Below, piece by piece: positions 1 through 8,532 of a DNA stretch of 18,320 nt (the stretch's first letter is position 1; each line of letters starts with the position of its first letter). Below the pieces are notes generated by a model. The model ran no database searches. It was not told the origin of the DNA and saw only the letters and a program-made list of their open reading frames with translations. Source of the DNA: an uncultured Deinococcales bacterium (lineage in GTDB: Bacteria > Deinococcota > Deinococci > Deinococcales > JAAFIG01); contig CAXTKV010000101.1 of assembly GCA_964244895.1 (NCBI GenBank), positions 1-18,320 of the forward strand, given 5' to 3'. The position numbers were made by a program, and so were the translations under genes.

Positions 1-243
1 CACGGCTTCGGTTTGCGGCCCCACGAAACGCAACCGGTGCAGGGGGTGAAACAACCGATCCGGCACGTCCAGCGCGCGCAGGGAATCCACCCAAGATCCG
101 CCGCTGGTGCGCACCGGCTGCCCGATGGCGTCGTTTTTTTCTAAAACCAGCACCCGTAAGCCCGCCCGGGCCGCGCGTTCGGCGCTGCATAAGCCCGCCG
201 GGCCGCCACCCACGACGATCACGTCCCATTCGCGTTCCAGCAT
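1..243 (-). CDS. FAD-dependent oxidoreductase, geranylgeranyl reductase-like (N-terminal part; runs off window start)
   Basis: Manual translation from ATG 243: MLEREWDVIVVGGGPAGLCSAERAARAGLRVLVLEKNDAIGQPVRTSGG..., a Rossmann GxGxxG FAD-binding start. Absent from the ORF track because it is truncated. Confidence 0.85.
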   Translation of the reverse strand, partial: MLEREWDVIVVGGGPAGLCSAERAARAGLRVLVLEKNDAIGQPVRTSGGSWVDSLRALDVPDRLFHPLHRLRFVGPQTEAV

Positions 244-249
244 GAATCG

Positions 250-255
250 AGTCTA
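250..255 (-). promoter_or_regulatory. -10 box TAGACT 6 nt before ATG (leaderless-type promoter)
   Basis: Minus strand reads TAGACT-cgattc-ATG; no Shine-Dalgarno (SD). Confidence 0.55.
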
Positions 256-372
256 CCGCTCGGGCGTTGGGGGTCGTGTATGGCTCGAGTCGTATTGACC
301 TCGATGGTCGCTCGAGCCGCTCAGAATCGGGTCTGGAAATCTGCGCTCTCGAGATGCCCTTTGTGACGCGCG

Positions 373-422
373 AGAACACCGTCCGGGACGCAATTTCTGA
401 AACACGTCCCGGACGGTGTTCT
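373..422. repeat. REP-like palindromic element
   Basis: AGAACACCGTCCGGGACG (373-390) / CGTCCCGGACGGTGTTCT (405-422): perfect 18-bp inverted repeat. Confidence 0.9.
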
Positions 423-438
423 TGGTGGTTCTCGAGTT

Positions 439-1218
439 TTAGCGCGCGGTCATGCCACCATCGACTATCATGGCCGCGCCGACCACGCTGGCGGCCTCGG
501 TGCTGGCCAGGTAAGCGGCCATCGCCGCGATTTCTTCGGCGGTCACCAGCCTGCCGTGCGGCTGGCGGGCGCGCATGGCGGCTCGGGCGGCCTCGGGATC
601 GTCGTACCCCGCCGTGATGCGCGCCACCCAGGGCGTGTCCACCGTGCCGGGCGCGATGCAGTTGACGCGGATGCCATCCGGGATGTGGTCGAGCGCGGCG
701 GCGCGGGTCATGCCCAGAATTCCGGCTTTGGCGGCGCAGTAGGCCGCCCGATCCAGCAGACCGACGAACGATCCGATGCTGGCCATGTTGATCACGCTGC
801 CGTCGGTGCCGTCCGGGTGCGCGCTGGCCTGAATCGCGGGGATGGCGTGCTTCATGCCGAAGAACGTGCCTTTCATGCAGACGTTCATGACCCGATCCCA
901 GTCGTCTTCGGTGGTGTCGGTGATCTTGGCGGCGATGCCGACCCCGGCGTTGTTGACCATGCATTCCAGCCCGCCGAGCGCTGTCACTGCGCTCGCGATC
1001 AGGGTTCGCATCTGCGTTTCCTGGCTGACATCGACCTTGAATGCGATTCCTGGAGTCTCGAGTAACCCCAGGGTTTCCTGGGCGCTCTCGACGTTCACGT
1101 CCGCGCACGCGACCCGCGCGCCCTCCTGCGCGAAGCGCAGCGCGATGGCCCGACCGATGCCGCTGCCCGCGCCCGTGACGATCGCGCGCAGACCTTCCAG
1201 CCGCCGTAGAGCAGTCAT
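439..1218 (-). CDS. Short-chain dehydrogenase/reductase (SDR)
   Basis: TGAGSGIG, NNAG, YCAAK (YxxxK) and PGTVDT motifs; SD AGGAG at 1225-1229 on the minus strand. Confidence 0.95.
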   Translation of the reverse strand: MTALRRLEGLRAIVTGAGSGIGRAIALRFAQEGARVACADVNVESAQETLGLLETPGIAFKVDVSQETQMRTLIASAVTALGGLECMVNNAGVGIAAKITDTTEDDWDRVMNVCMKGTFFGMKHAIPAIQASAHPDGTDGSVINMASIGSFVGLLDRAAYCAAKAGILGMTRAAALDHIPDGIRVNCIAPGTVDTPWVARITAGYDDPEAARAAMRARQPHGRLVTAEEIAAMAAYLASTEAASVVGAAMIVDGGMTAR

Positions 1219-1289
1219 ATGGCACTCCTGCGCAGGCTGCGTGACGCCCTCGAATGCGCCTCGTGCGGGACTTCGGCAAACGAGATCAC
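1215..1289 (-). other. 24-aa bridging mini-ORF between FAH and SDR
   Basis: GTG overlaps the FAH stop (GTGA); TGA overlaps the SDR ATG (ATGA). Confidence 0.4.
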
Positions 1290-2131
1290 TCGACGATCCT
1301 GTTCTCGAGTTCGCCGATGCCCTCGATCCAGCTTTTCACGACATCGCCGGGTTTCAAGAAAATTGGTGGTTTGCGCGCGAAGCCCACGCCTGCGGGTGTG
1401 CCCGTGATGACCAGATCGCCGGGTTCCAGCGTGAACCACTGCGATAACCTCGAGACGATTTCATTGACGTTAAAAATCATCATCGAGGTGCTGGCGTCCT
1501 GGAGCGTCTGACCGTTGACGGAACAGCCCAGGCGCAACTGGTTTGGCTCCGGTATCTCGTCGCGCGTGACGATCCACGGCCCCATCGGCAGGCTGGTGTC
1601 CAGGTTCTTGCCGCGCGTCCACTGGCCGCTGGTATCCGTTCCCATCTGCAGGTCTCGGGCGGAAACGTCGTTGACGACGGTGTATCCGAAGATGTGATCG
1701 GTCGCGTCCTGGACGCTCACATCGCGCGCCAGTTTGCCGATCACGATGCCCAGCTCAACCTCGTAATCCAGGCGTTGGGTCAAATTCCCGTGCGCCCGAA
1801 CGTCGTCGTGAGGCCCGGTGACGGTGCTGGGAAACTTCGAGAAAATCACGGGCACGCTCGGGATGCCCAACCCGGATTCCTCGGCGTGATCGCGGTAGTT
1901 CAACCCGACCGCGACGATCTTGGGCGGGCGATGGATCGGTGCGGCCAGCAGGTTCTGCTCGAGCGTCGCGCCGGGCGTGCCCTCGAGCGCTTGTAAGAGT
2001 TCCTCGAGCACGTCCGGGCCGGACTGGATCAGTTTCAGCACCGACACCGGGAATCCCAGATCGTCCAGCATCACCGCTCGGGTGTCCTGAACGATTGCGG
2101 CGCGACCGTTTTTGAGCGTGGCGAGCTTCAT
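1286..2131 (-). CDS. Fumarylacetoacetate hydrolase (FAH) family protein
   Basis: KIVAVGLNYRDH, LDYEVEL, NDVSARD, GKNLDT and TGTPAGVG motifs. Start set at MKLATL (2131) with SD GGGAGG; the ORF-track extension to 2863 is antisense to the cupin gene. Confidence 0.93.
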   Translation of the reverse strand: MKLATLKNGRAAIVQDTRAVMLDDLGFPVSVLKLIQSGPDVLEELLQALEGTPGATLEQNLLAAPIHRPPKIVAVGLNYRDHAEESGLGIPSVPVIFSKFPSTVTGPHDDVRAHGNLTQRLDYEVELGIVIGKLARDVSVQDATDHIFGYTVVNDVSARDLQMGTDTSGQWTRGKNLDTSLPMGPWIVTRDEIPEPNQLRLGCSVNGQTLQDASTSMMIFNVNEIVSRLSQWFTLEPGDLVITGTPAGVGFARKPPIFLKPGDVVKSWIEGIGELENRIVE

Positions 2132-2182
2132 GCGTGCCTCCCTGAGGATTCTCGAGAACAGTTTCGAGGCTGAGCGTTCGGA

Positions 2183-2228
2183 TTGACACGATTCTATGGC
2201 CTGGCCTATCGTTCCAGCAATCGTTTGC
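2183..2228. promoter_or_regulatory. Overlapping divergent sigma70-type promoters plus LacI-type operator
   Basis: Plus strand: TTGACA (2183-2188), 18 bp, TATCGT (2207-2212). Minus strand: TTGCTG (2220-2215), 18 bp, TAGAAT (2196-2191). Operator GCAATCGTTTGC at 2217-2228. Confidence 0.7.
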
Positions 2229-2299
2229 CACCAGCTTCGGCGTTCCTCAAAGCGCCATCCGCCGCGTCTATGACGGTGTCGATTTCCACGGAGAATCCC

Positions 2300-2851
2300 A
2301 TGACCAGACCGTTTCAGGCCTTGATTGATCGCGCTCGCGGATCGCTCGCTCCGGCTGGGCCGGTGCTGGAACGCCGCGCATCCGATCTGCGCGGATTGTG
2401 CGCCGATGAGCCCGCCAGGGCGCGGCTCGAGTCGTCCGGCAATCCCGTTATTTACCGCGTGGATGGCGTACCCGTGCCGGAAGTCGCTGGCGAAGTGCCG
2501 TTCTCGATCACCACGATCCTGCCGGGCGTCATCGGTGACGAATTCTTTTTCACCAAAGGCCACTGGCACACGGCCCTGGAGGGCGAGGTCTACCTGGGGC
2601 TCGAGGGGCGCGGGATTCTGCTGGCCTTTGATGGCACGGAGGTGCTGGCCGTCGAGTTGTCCGATGGCGCGATCGGGTACATCCCGCCCGGTTGGGGGCA
2701 TCGCACCGTCAATACGGGTTCTGAAGCCTTCAAATTCCTGGCGATTTACCCCGGCGCTGCCGGTCACGATTACGAGCGCGTGGTGCGCGAAGGTCTGGGC
2801 GCTCGGGTGCTGACGGGCTCGGACGGTGGCTATCGCGTGGTGAGGACGTGA
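2300..2851 (+). CDS. Cupin-type (archaeal-like) glucose-6-phosphate isomerase family protein
   Basis: TKGHWH...EVY and YIPPGWGHRTVNTG...FLAIYP..AGHDY match the Pyrococcus-type cupin PGI metal motifs. GGAG precedes ATG 2300 (alternative start 2270). Confidence 0.88.
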   Translation: MTRPFQALIDRARGSLAPAGPVLERRASDLRGLCADEPARARLESSGNPVIYRVDGVPVPEVAGEVPFSITTILPGVIGDEFFFTKGHWHTALEGEVYLGLEGRGILLAFDGTEVLAVELSDGAIGYIPPGWGHRTVNTGSEAFKFLAIYPGAAGHDYERVVREGLGARVLTGSDGGYRVVRT

Positions 2852-4389
2852 AAATGGGCGCACGCCTCGAGAACGCGGGTTCCTCGAAGATGATCCTGGC
2901 GCACGATCTGGGCACGACGGGCGACAAGGCCAGCCTGTACACGGACGCCGGTGAACTCGTGGCCGCCGTCACGTCCGTCTACGACACCGATTACGGCTCG
3001 GGTGGCAGGGCCGAGCAGGACGCGAACGACTGGTGGCGGAGCGCGGTGCGAGCTACGCGCGAGTTGCTCGAGACGGCGCGGGTTCACCCCAAAGACATCT
3101 CGTGCGTCAGTTTCAGCGGGCAGATGATGGGCGCGGTCTTCCTGGACGCGCACGGTGACGCCGTCCGACCCGCGATCATCTGGGCGGATACCCGATCCAC
3201 CCTGGACTGCGATGCGCTGCTCGAGCATCTCGGTGGCGGGCGCGTCGGCATGGAACGCGCATACGCGATCACCGGGCATCGGTTGAACCCGACGTACTCG
3301 CTGACCAAGATCATGATGGTCAGAAGGCTCGAGCCGGAAGTCTGGTCGCGCGTGCGGCGCGTCTGCCTGACCAAGGATTACGTCGCGTTCAAGCTGACGG
3401 GATTGATCCGCACCGATCCATCGGACGCGTCCAGCACGAACGCCTTCGATCAACGCGCCGGGAAATGGTCGAGCGAATTGCTCGAGGCTGCCGGGATAGA
3501 CCCTTCGTTGTTGCCCGAGATCGTCCCGAGCGCGACCATCCTGGGCGGCGTGACGCGACGGGCGGCGTCCGAGACGGGTTTGCTGGAAGGCACGCCCGTC
3601 GCGATGGGCGGCGGCGATGGGCCGTGCGCGGCGCTCGGGGCGGGCGTGATCAGCCCGGATTCCGGCGCGTACGCGTACCTGGGCTCGAGTTCGTGGATTT
3701 CGCTGGCTTCGAGCGCGCCCCTTCACGATCCCAGGATGCGCACCATGACCTTCGATCACGTGATTCAGGGTCGTTTCGTGCCGACCGCGACCATGCAATC
3801 CGGCGGCGCGAGCGTGGAATGGATCGCGGACGTGCTCGAACCTGGACGGGCGAGCGGGCGCTTTGATCGCCTGAACGATGCTTGCCGCGATCTGGAGGCG
3901 GCGGCTGACGGTCTGTTCTTCCTGCCGCACCTGCTGGGTGAGCGCTCGCCCTACTGGAACCCGCGCGCGCGCGGCGCGTTCATCGGGCTGAGCAAGCACC
4001 ACGGGCCGGGGCACATGACGCGGGCCGTGCTGGAAGGGGTGGCGTTCAATCTGCTGACGGGTTTGCGCGCGTTCCAGGAGATGGGTGCGACCATTCCGCG
4101 CGTGGACGCCATCGGTGGCGGCGCAACATCCGACCTGTGGCTTCAGATCATGGCGGACATCTGGGGCGTGCCGGTTCGCCGCCGTTCGTTGCTCGAGGCC
4201 AACGGTCTGGGCGCGGCCATCATCGGCGGCGTCAGTATCGGCGCGTTGACCTGGGATGACGCGCCGAAGCTTTCGGGCGTGACCGCCGAATTTTCCCCCG
4301 ATCCCGAACGCCACGCGATGTATCAGCACCGCTACGCGCAGTTTCTGGAAGGTTACGAGCGGCTCGAGCCGCTGTTCGAGCGCCTATGA
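2848..4389 (+). CDS. xylB: FGGY-family carbohydrate kinase (xylulokinase-like)
   Basis: ILAHDLGTTGDKA, SGQMMG, WADTR, GGGDG, GERSPYWN and RAVLEGV motifs. GTGA overlap with the upstream gene; conserved core begins at ATG 2890. Substrate not certain. Confidence 0.88.
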   Translation: MKMGARLENAGSSKMILAHDLGTTGDKASLYTDAGELVAAVTSVYDTDYGSGGRAEQDANDWWRSAVRATRELLETARVHPKDISCVSFSGQMMGAVFLDAHGDAVRPAIIWADTRSTLDCDALLEHLGGGRVGMERAYAITGHRLNPTYSLTKIMMVRRLEPEVWSRVRRVCLTKDYVAFKLTGLIRTDPSDASSTNAFDQRAGKWSSELLEAAGIDPSLLPEIVPSATILGGVTRRAASETGLLEGTPVAMGGGDGPCAALGAGVISPDSGAYAYLGSSSWISLASSAPLHDPRMRTMTFDHVIQGRFVPTATMQSGGASVEWIADVLEPGRASGRFDRLNDACRDLEAAADGLFFLPHLLGERSPYWNPRARGAFIGLSKHHGPGHMTRAVLEGVAFNLLTGLRAFQEMGATIPRVDAIGGGATSDLWLQIMADIWGVPVRRRSLLEANGLGAAIIGGVSIGALTWDDAPKLSGVTAEFSPDPERHAMYQHRYAQFLEGYERLEPLFERL

Positions 4390-4463
4390 GTAGACCGTCC
4401 TGCGCGCAGGATCTTGGAATCAAGGAAGGCCGTCTGGCACGGTCTTCTCGGGGTGTAACGTGA
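4386..4463 (+). other. 25-aa bridging mini-ORF carrying a degenerate REP-like element
   Basis: ATG 4386 overlaps the kinase stop; TGA 4461-4463 overlaps GTG 4460. Degenerate arms GAGTAGACCGTCC / GCACGGTCTTCTCG. Confidence 0.45.
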
Positions 4464-5386
4464 ACGAAGCGCGCGAGCGACCGACGATGGAATTCATCGG
4501 GGTGACCACCTCCTCCTCGAGCATCATGGGCTTATTCCCGCGCTGGGCGCGGGTTCTCGGGTTGGGCGACGCGCAACTGATCGGTCGAGACTTGCCGCTC
4601 GAGGCCGCGCCAGCCGCGTACCGTGAAGCTGTACGCTTCATCAAATCCGACCCGAACACGCTCGGGGCGCTGGTCACGACGCACAAGATCAAACTGCTCG
4701 AGGCGGCGCGCGATCTTTTTGACGAACTCGACCCGAACGCCGTGCTGTGCGGGGAAGTCTCGAGCATCTCGAAGCGAAATGGCAAGTTGATCGGTTGCGC
4801 CAAAGACCCGATCACGGCGGGGCGCGCGCTCGAGGAGAGCCTCTCGGCGGATCATTTCTCGGGCGGTGCGGACGCGCTCATCATCGGCGCGGGCGGCGCT
4901 GGGACGGCCATCACGGTCTATTTGCTTTCACGCAAAGACCGTCCTCGGCGCATCCTGAGCCTCGATCCGAGCGCCGATCGCTTGACTGCGCTGCGGCGCA
5001 CGCACGCGCAACTGAAGACCCCTGGCGTTCACCTCGAGTACCTCGAGAGCGACGATCCCGTTCGGGCGGATCGCGTGCTGGGTTCGCTGGCGGCGGGATC
5101 GCTGGTGGTCAACGCGTCCGGGCTGGGCAAGGATCGTCCCGGATCGCCGATCACGGACGCGGGACTCTTTCCCGTGGGTGCTGTCGCCTGGGAGCTCAAC
5201 TACCGGGGTTCGCTGGAATTCCGGCATCAGGCCCAGATGCAGCGCGAGGCGCGAAACCTGCGCGTGCTGGACGGCTGGTCGTACTTCCTGCACGGCTGGA
5301 GCGAGGTCGTGCTCGAGGTCTTCGGTTTGCAGTGGACGCCGGAACGTTTTGCGCAGCTCAGGGCGGAAGCTGAAGGCTCGAGATAA
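4460..5386 (+). CDS. Shikimate dehydrogenase-like NAD(P)-dependent oxidoreductase (divergent)
   Basis: GALVTTHK, IIGAGGAG, VVNASGLG, ELNY and DGW positions parallel the AroE fold; substrate motifs differ. Confidence 0.78.
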   Translation: MNEARERPTMEFIGVTTSSSSIMGLFPRWARVLGLGDAQLIGRDLPLEAAPAAYREAVRFIKSDPNTLGALVTTHKIKLLEAARDLFDELDPNAVLCGEVSSISKRNGKLIGCAKDPITAGRALEESLSADHFSGGADALIIGAGGAGTAITVYLLSRKDRPRRILSLDPSADRLTALRRTHAQLKTPGVHLEYLESDDPVRADRVLGSLAAGSLVVNASGLGKDRPGSPITDAGLFPVGAVAWELNYRGSLEFRHQAQMQREARNLRVLDGWSYFLHGWSEVVLEVFGLQWTPERFAQLRAEAEGSR

Positions 5387-5468
5387 TAGCCGCGATCGAC
5401 TTACGGGTCACTGGAAACCCGTCTGGAGCGGGTGATTTCTCGGATGTGGACGATCTGAAACCGGGCGC

Positions 5469-5514
5469 TTGACAGGACTCGAGCGCGGACTCTATAGTTT
5501 GGCAATCGTTTGCA
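5469..5514 (+). promoter_or_regulatory. Sigma70-type promoter with LacI-type operator
   Basis: TTGACA (5469-5474), 18 bp, TATAGT (5493-5498), then GGCAATCGTTTGCA (5501-5514). Confidence 0.8.
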
Positions 5515-5618
5515 GTCAAATTCTGGTGCGCCTCGAGGGCGCTCTCGTGCCGGCCTGTCGCGGATGACGATCCGCTCGGCAATTCTGGTTTCGCCGCAAT
5601 TCTCTTGGAGGTAGGGGT

Positions 5619-7115
5619 ATGAAGAAACAGAGTCTGTTCGTCTGGTCGTCTATCGCGGTCGGCATCGTGGCCGGGTTGACCCTCGGGGTCGCCAGCAGCC
5701 AGGGCCAGAAATACGCGGGCAAGACGATCACCATCGTCGCCTTCGACGGCCCGCAGATCGGCGAGCCATTGAAGCGCCACGCGCCGGATTTCGAGAAGCT
5801 CACGGGCGCGAAAGTCAACATCGTCTTGACGACCTTCGGCGATCTGTTCCCGCGCATGTACACGGATTTCACGTCCGGCACGAACAGCTTCGACGCGGGC
5901 GTGTTCGACCCGCAGTGGCTGGGCGACTTCACGGCGGGCGGCTACCTCGAGCCCCTGGACAGCTACATCGCCAAGACGCCCGAACTCAAGTGGAACGAGA
6001 TCGCGCCGTTCTTCCGCGAATTCAGCGCCCAGTACGCGGGCAAGATCTACACGGTTCCCTTCGACGGCGACTTCCAGATGGTCTACTACCGCCGCGACCT
6101 GTGGGCCAACGCGCAGTACAAGACCGACTTCAAAGCCAAGTACGGTTACGCGCTGCGTCCGCCGCGCACCTGGAAGGAATACCGCGACATGGCGGAATTC
6201 TTCAACGGTAAGGAAGTGAACGGCAAGAAGATCTACGGTGCAGTCGAAGCCCAACAGCGCAACCAGCAGTCGTACTGGATTCTGGGTACTCGAGCTGCCG
6301 CCTACACGCAATACAAGGGCACCGGCCAGGGCGCGTTTTTCGATGTTACGACCATGAAGCCCCTGATCAACGACGAAGGCTACGTGCGCGCGTTGACCGA
6401 ATGGAAGGACATCCAGAAGTTCGCGCCACCGAACATCCTGAACTACGGCACGGGCGAAGTCCGCAACGGGTTCACCAAGGCCTGCGAGGCCGCGTTGGCC
6501 ATCGACTGGGGCGATATCGGTTCGCTGTCTGGCGACAAGGATTCGTGCGTCAAGGGCAAGCTCGGCTCGACCATCTCGCCCGGCAGCACCGACTACTGGG
6601 ATCGCGACGCCAAGAAGTGGATCACGCTGCCCAACGGTCGCGTCAACTACGCCCCCTACGCCGCCTTCGGCGGTTGGAGCGGTGCGGTCAACGCCAAGTC
6701 CAAGAACAAGGACGTGGCCTTCGATTACCTGGCCTTCGTCGGCAAGCCCGAAAGCAGCGACGAGGACGTGACCATCGGTATCACGGGCTTTAACCCTTAC
6801 CGCACCAGCCACTTTGCGAGCACCGATCTGTACGTCAAGAACGGCATGGACAAGACCGACGCCACGCTGTACCTGTCCGCGATCGGCGCGAGCCTGAAGA
6901 ACAAGAACCTGGTGCTGGACTACCGCCTGCCCGGCACGGCCCGCTACCAGGAAGCGCTCGATGTCGGCGTCTCCGAAGCGCTCTCCGGTCAGAAGAGCCC
7001 GAAGGACGCGCTGGATGGCGTGGCCGCCGCCTGGGACAAGATCACCGAGGAACTCGGGCGCGCGAAGCAACTCAATATTTATCGCGCCTCGTTGAAGCTC
7101 AAGTCCTTGCAGTAA
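5619..7115 (+). CDS. Carbohydrate ABC transporter substrate-binding protein (CUT1)
   Basis: SD GGAGG, N-terminal signal peptide, FEKLTGAKVNIV, VPFDGDFQMVYYRRD and FGGW motifs; followed by two permeases. Confidence 0.92.
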   Translation: MKKQSLFVWSSIAVGIVAGLTLGVASSQGQKYAGKTITIVAFDGPQIGEPLKRHAPDFEKLTGAKVNIVLTTFGDLFPRMYTDFTSGTNSFDAGVFDPQWLGDFTAGGYLEPLDSYIAKTPELKWNEIAPFFREFSAQYAGKIYTVPFDGDFQMVYYRRDLWANAQYKTDFKAKYGYALRPPRTWKEYRDMAEFFNGKEVNGKKIYGAVEAQQRNQQSYWILGTRAAAYTQYKGTGQGAFFDVTTMKPLINDEGYVRALTEWKDIQKFAPPNILNYGTGEVRNGFTKACEAALAIDWGDIGSLSGDKDSCVKGKLGSTISPGSTDYWDRDAKKWITLPNGRVNYAPYAAFGGWSGAVNAKSKNKDVAFDYLAFVGKPESSDEDVTIGITGFNPYRTSHFASTDLYVKNGMDKTDATLYLSAIGASLKNKNLVLDYRLPGTARYQEALDVGVSEALSGQKSPKDALDGVAAAWDKITEELGRAKQLNIYRASLKLKSLQ

Positions 7116-7123
7116 TCCCGGAA

Positions 7124-7189
7124 CTCGAGGGTCAGAATCAAGCTCTGACCCTCGAGCATCGCGTGCCGGGGCATGATTGTCCCGGCACG
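7124..7189 (+). terminator. Tandem stem-loops after the SBP gene (mRNA stabiliser or partial terminator)
   Basis: CTCGAGGGTCAGA / TCTGACCCTCGAG 13-bp stem (7124-7156); CGTGCCGGG / CCCGGCACG stem (7162-7189); weak U-tract. Confidence 0.6.
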
Positions 7190-7228
7190 TCATATTTCAG
7201 GTTCGAGATCTTAGGGCTCAATATTTTG

Positions 7229-7244
7229 CTCGAGAACACCGTCC
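7229..7244. repeat. Solo left arm of the REP-like element
   Basis: CTCGAGAACACCGTCC, identical to the arm at 17071. Confidence 0.75.
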
Positions 7245-7403
7245 TGAACATTAATTCCTCGAGATTCACGAGTGCTTTACCTCAGGCTCTTTTGTGACAG
7301 AAAAATGGTGAGCGAAAAACAAAGAACGACCGACGATTTTTCGAGGAGTGCAACCCGTGAAGACACCATCTGAACCCAACTCGAGACCACCGAAAGACGC
7401 GCC

Positions 7404-8330
7404 GTGAACCAAGCCGCACCGATCACCTCGAAACGCCCGACGAACCGCGCCAACGCCGGGGATCGTCAGGCCAGCATCGGGTTTCTCGCGCCCGCACTGG
7501 TGGTCGTGTTCGTGATGAGCATCTTCCCGCTCATCTCGAGCCTGATTCTGTCCTTGACGACCTTCCAATTCGGCTCGGGCGGCCTGAAGCTCGAGTGGGT
7601 CGGGCTGGGCAACTTCATTGGCATCGTCTCGGACGCTCGCTTCTGGGGCGACCTGGGCAACACGTTGATCTTCGTGTTCGGCGGCGTGCTGCTGCAGTAC
7701 GCGCTCGGGTTGGGGCTGGCGATGCTGCTGACGCAGCGTCTGTTCGGGCAGCGTTTTTTTAGGGTGCTGTTCCTGATCCCGATGATGATCACGCCCGTGG
7801 CGGTGGCCTACATCATGAAGATGGTGCTGAACTTCGAGATCGGGCCGCTCGCGCCGATCATGAAACCGTTGGGCATCAACACACTGCCGTGGTTCGCGGA
7901 CGCGAATCTGTCGCGTTTGCTGGTGGTCATCGGTGACGCCTGGCAGTGGACGCCGTTCGTGATCATCGTGCTTCTGGCCGGTCTGGAGGGCTTACCGCAC
8001 GAACCCTACGAGGCCGCCCGCGTGGACGGCGCGACCCCGTGGCAGATGTTCACGAAAATCACCTTCCCGATGCTCTTGCCCGTCTCCAGCGGTGTGATCC
8101 TGATCCGCATGGTCGAGGCGTTCAAGATCGTGGACATGCCGGTCGTGCTGACCGGCGGCGGCCCCGGCACCAGCACGGAATCCATGACGCTGTTCGCGTA
8201 CTACACCTGGCGCAATTTCCAGCTCGGTAAGACCGCCGCCATCGCGTATTTGCTGGTGATCACGGTTTCGATCATCGGGACGGTGTATTCCAATACCATC
8301 CGCAAGCGCGCGCTCGAGGTGGCGGGATGA
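7404..8330 (+). CDS. Carbohydrate ABC transporter permease (MalF-like)
   Basis: Hydrophobic segments, WQWTPF, EAA loop YEAARVDGATPWQMF. Confidence 0.94.
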   Translation: MNQAAPITSKRPTNRANAGDRQASIGFLAPALVVVFVMSIFPLISSLILSLTTFQFGSGGLKLEWVGLGNFIGIVSDARFWGDLGNTLIFVFGGVLLQYALGLGLAMLLTQRLFGQRFFRVLFLIPMMITPVAVAYIMKMVLNFEIGPLAPIMKPLGINTLPWFADANLSRLLVVIGDAWQWTPFVIIVLLAGLEGLPHEPYEAARVDGATPWQMFTKITFPMLLPVSSGVILIRMVEAFKIVDMPVVLTGGGPGTSTESMTLFAYYTWRNFQLGKTAAIAYLLVITVSIIGTVYSNTIRKRALEVAG

Positions 8331-8333
8331 TGT

Positions 8334-8514
8334 GGTCACGGGGCACGGGTCGTGGGTCACGGGTCGGAGCGCGATTCATCGCGCCCTGCAAAGGAACCGT
8401 CTCGAGAACACCGTCTGGGACAGTGTTTTCTGAATCTCGAGAAACTGCGTCCAGGACGGTGCTCTCCATTTGTGCGACCCGAGCTTGCGGCTCGCAGCTC
8501 ACGGCTCGCGGCTC
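8334..8514. repeat. Composite repeat region: heptamer runs, a small REP-type hairpin and a large REP-like palindrome
   Basis: GGTCACG-type x5 (8334-8368); GCGCGAT-TC-ATCGCGC hairpin (8369-8384); CTCGAGAACACCGTC...GGACGGTGCTCTC (8401-8466); GCTCRCR-type x4 (8483-8514). Confidence 0.8.
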
Positions 8515-8532
8515 CTTTTGCGAGGTTCCATC

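Noticed and set aside
2132..2863. Long N-terminal extension of the FAH ORF
   Set aside because: Overlaps the promoter/operator and the cupin gene; a good SD-ATG exists at 2131.
2830..4329. 499-aa minus-strand ORF (also 8272-9267, 9574-10695, 11532-12302, 12478-13296)
   Set aside because: Shadows of well-supported plus-strand genes.
5358..7193. 611-aa minus-strand ORF
   Set aside because: Antisense shadow of the SBP gene; no recognisable motifs; expected with high-GC codon bias.
7191..7340. AT-richer spacer as possible sRNA or gene remnant
   Set aside because: No recognisable RNA family or coding signal beyond a solo repeat arm.
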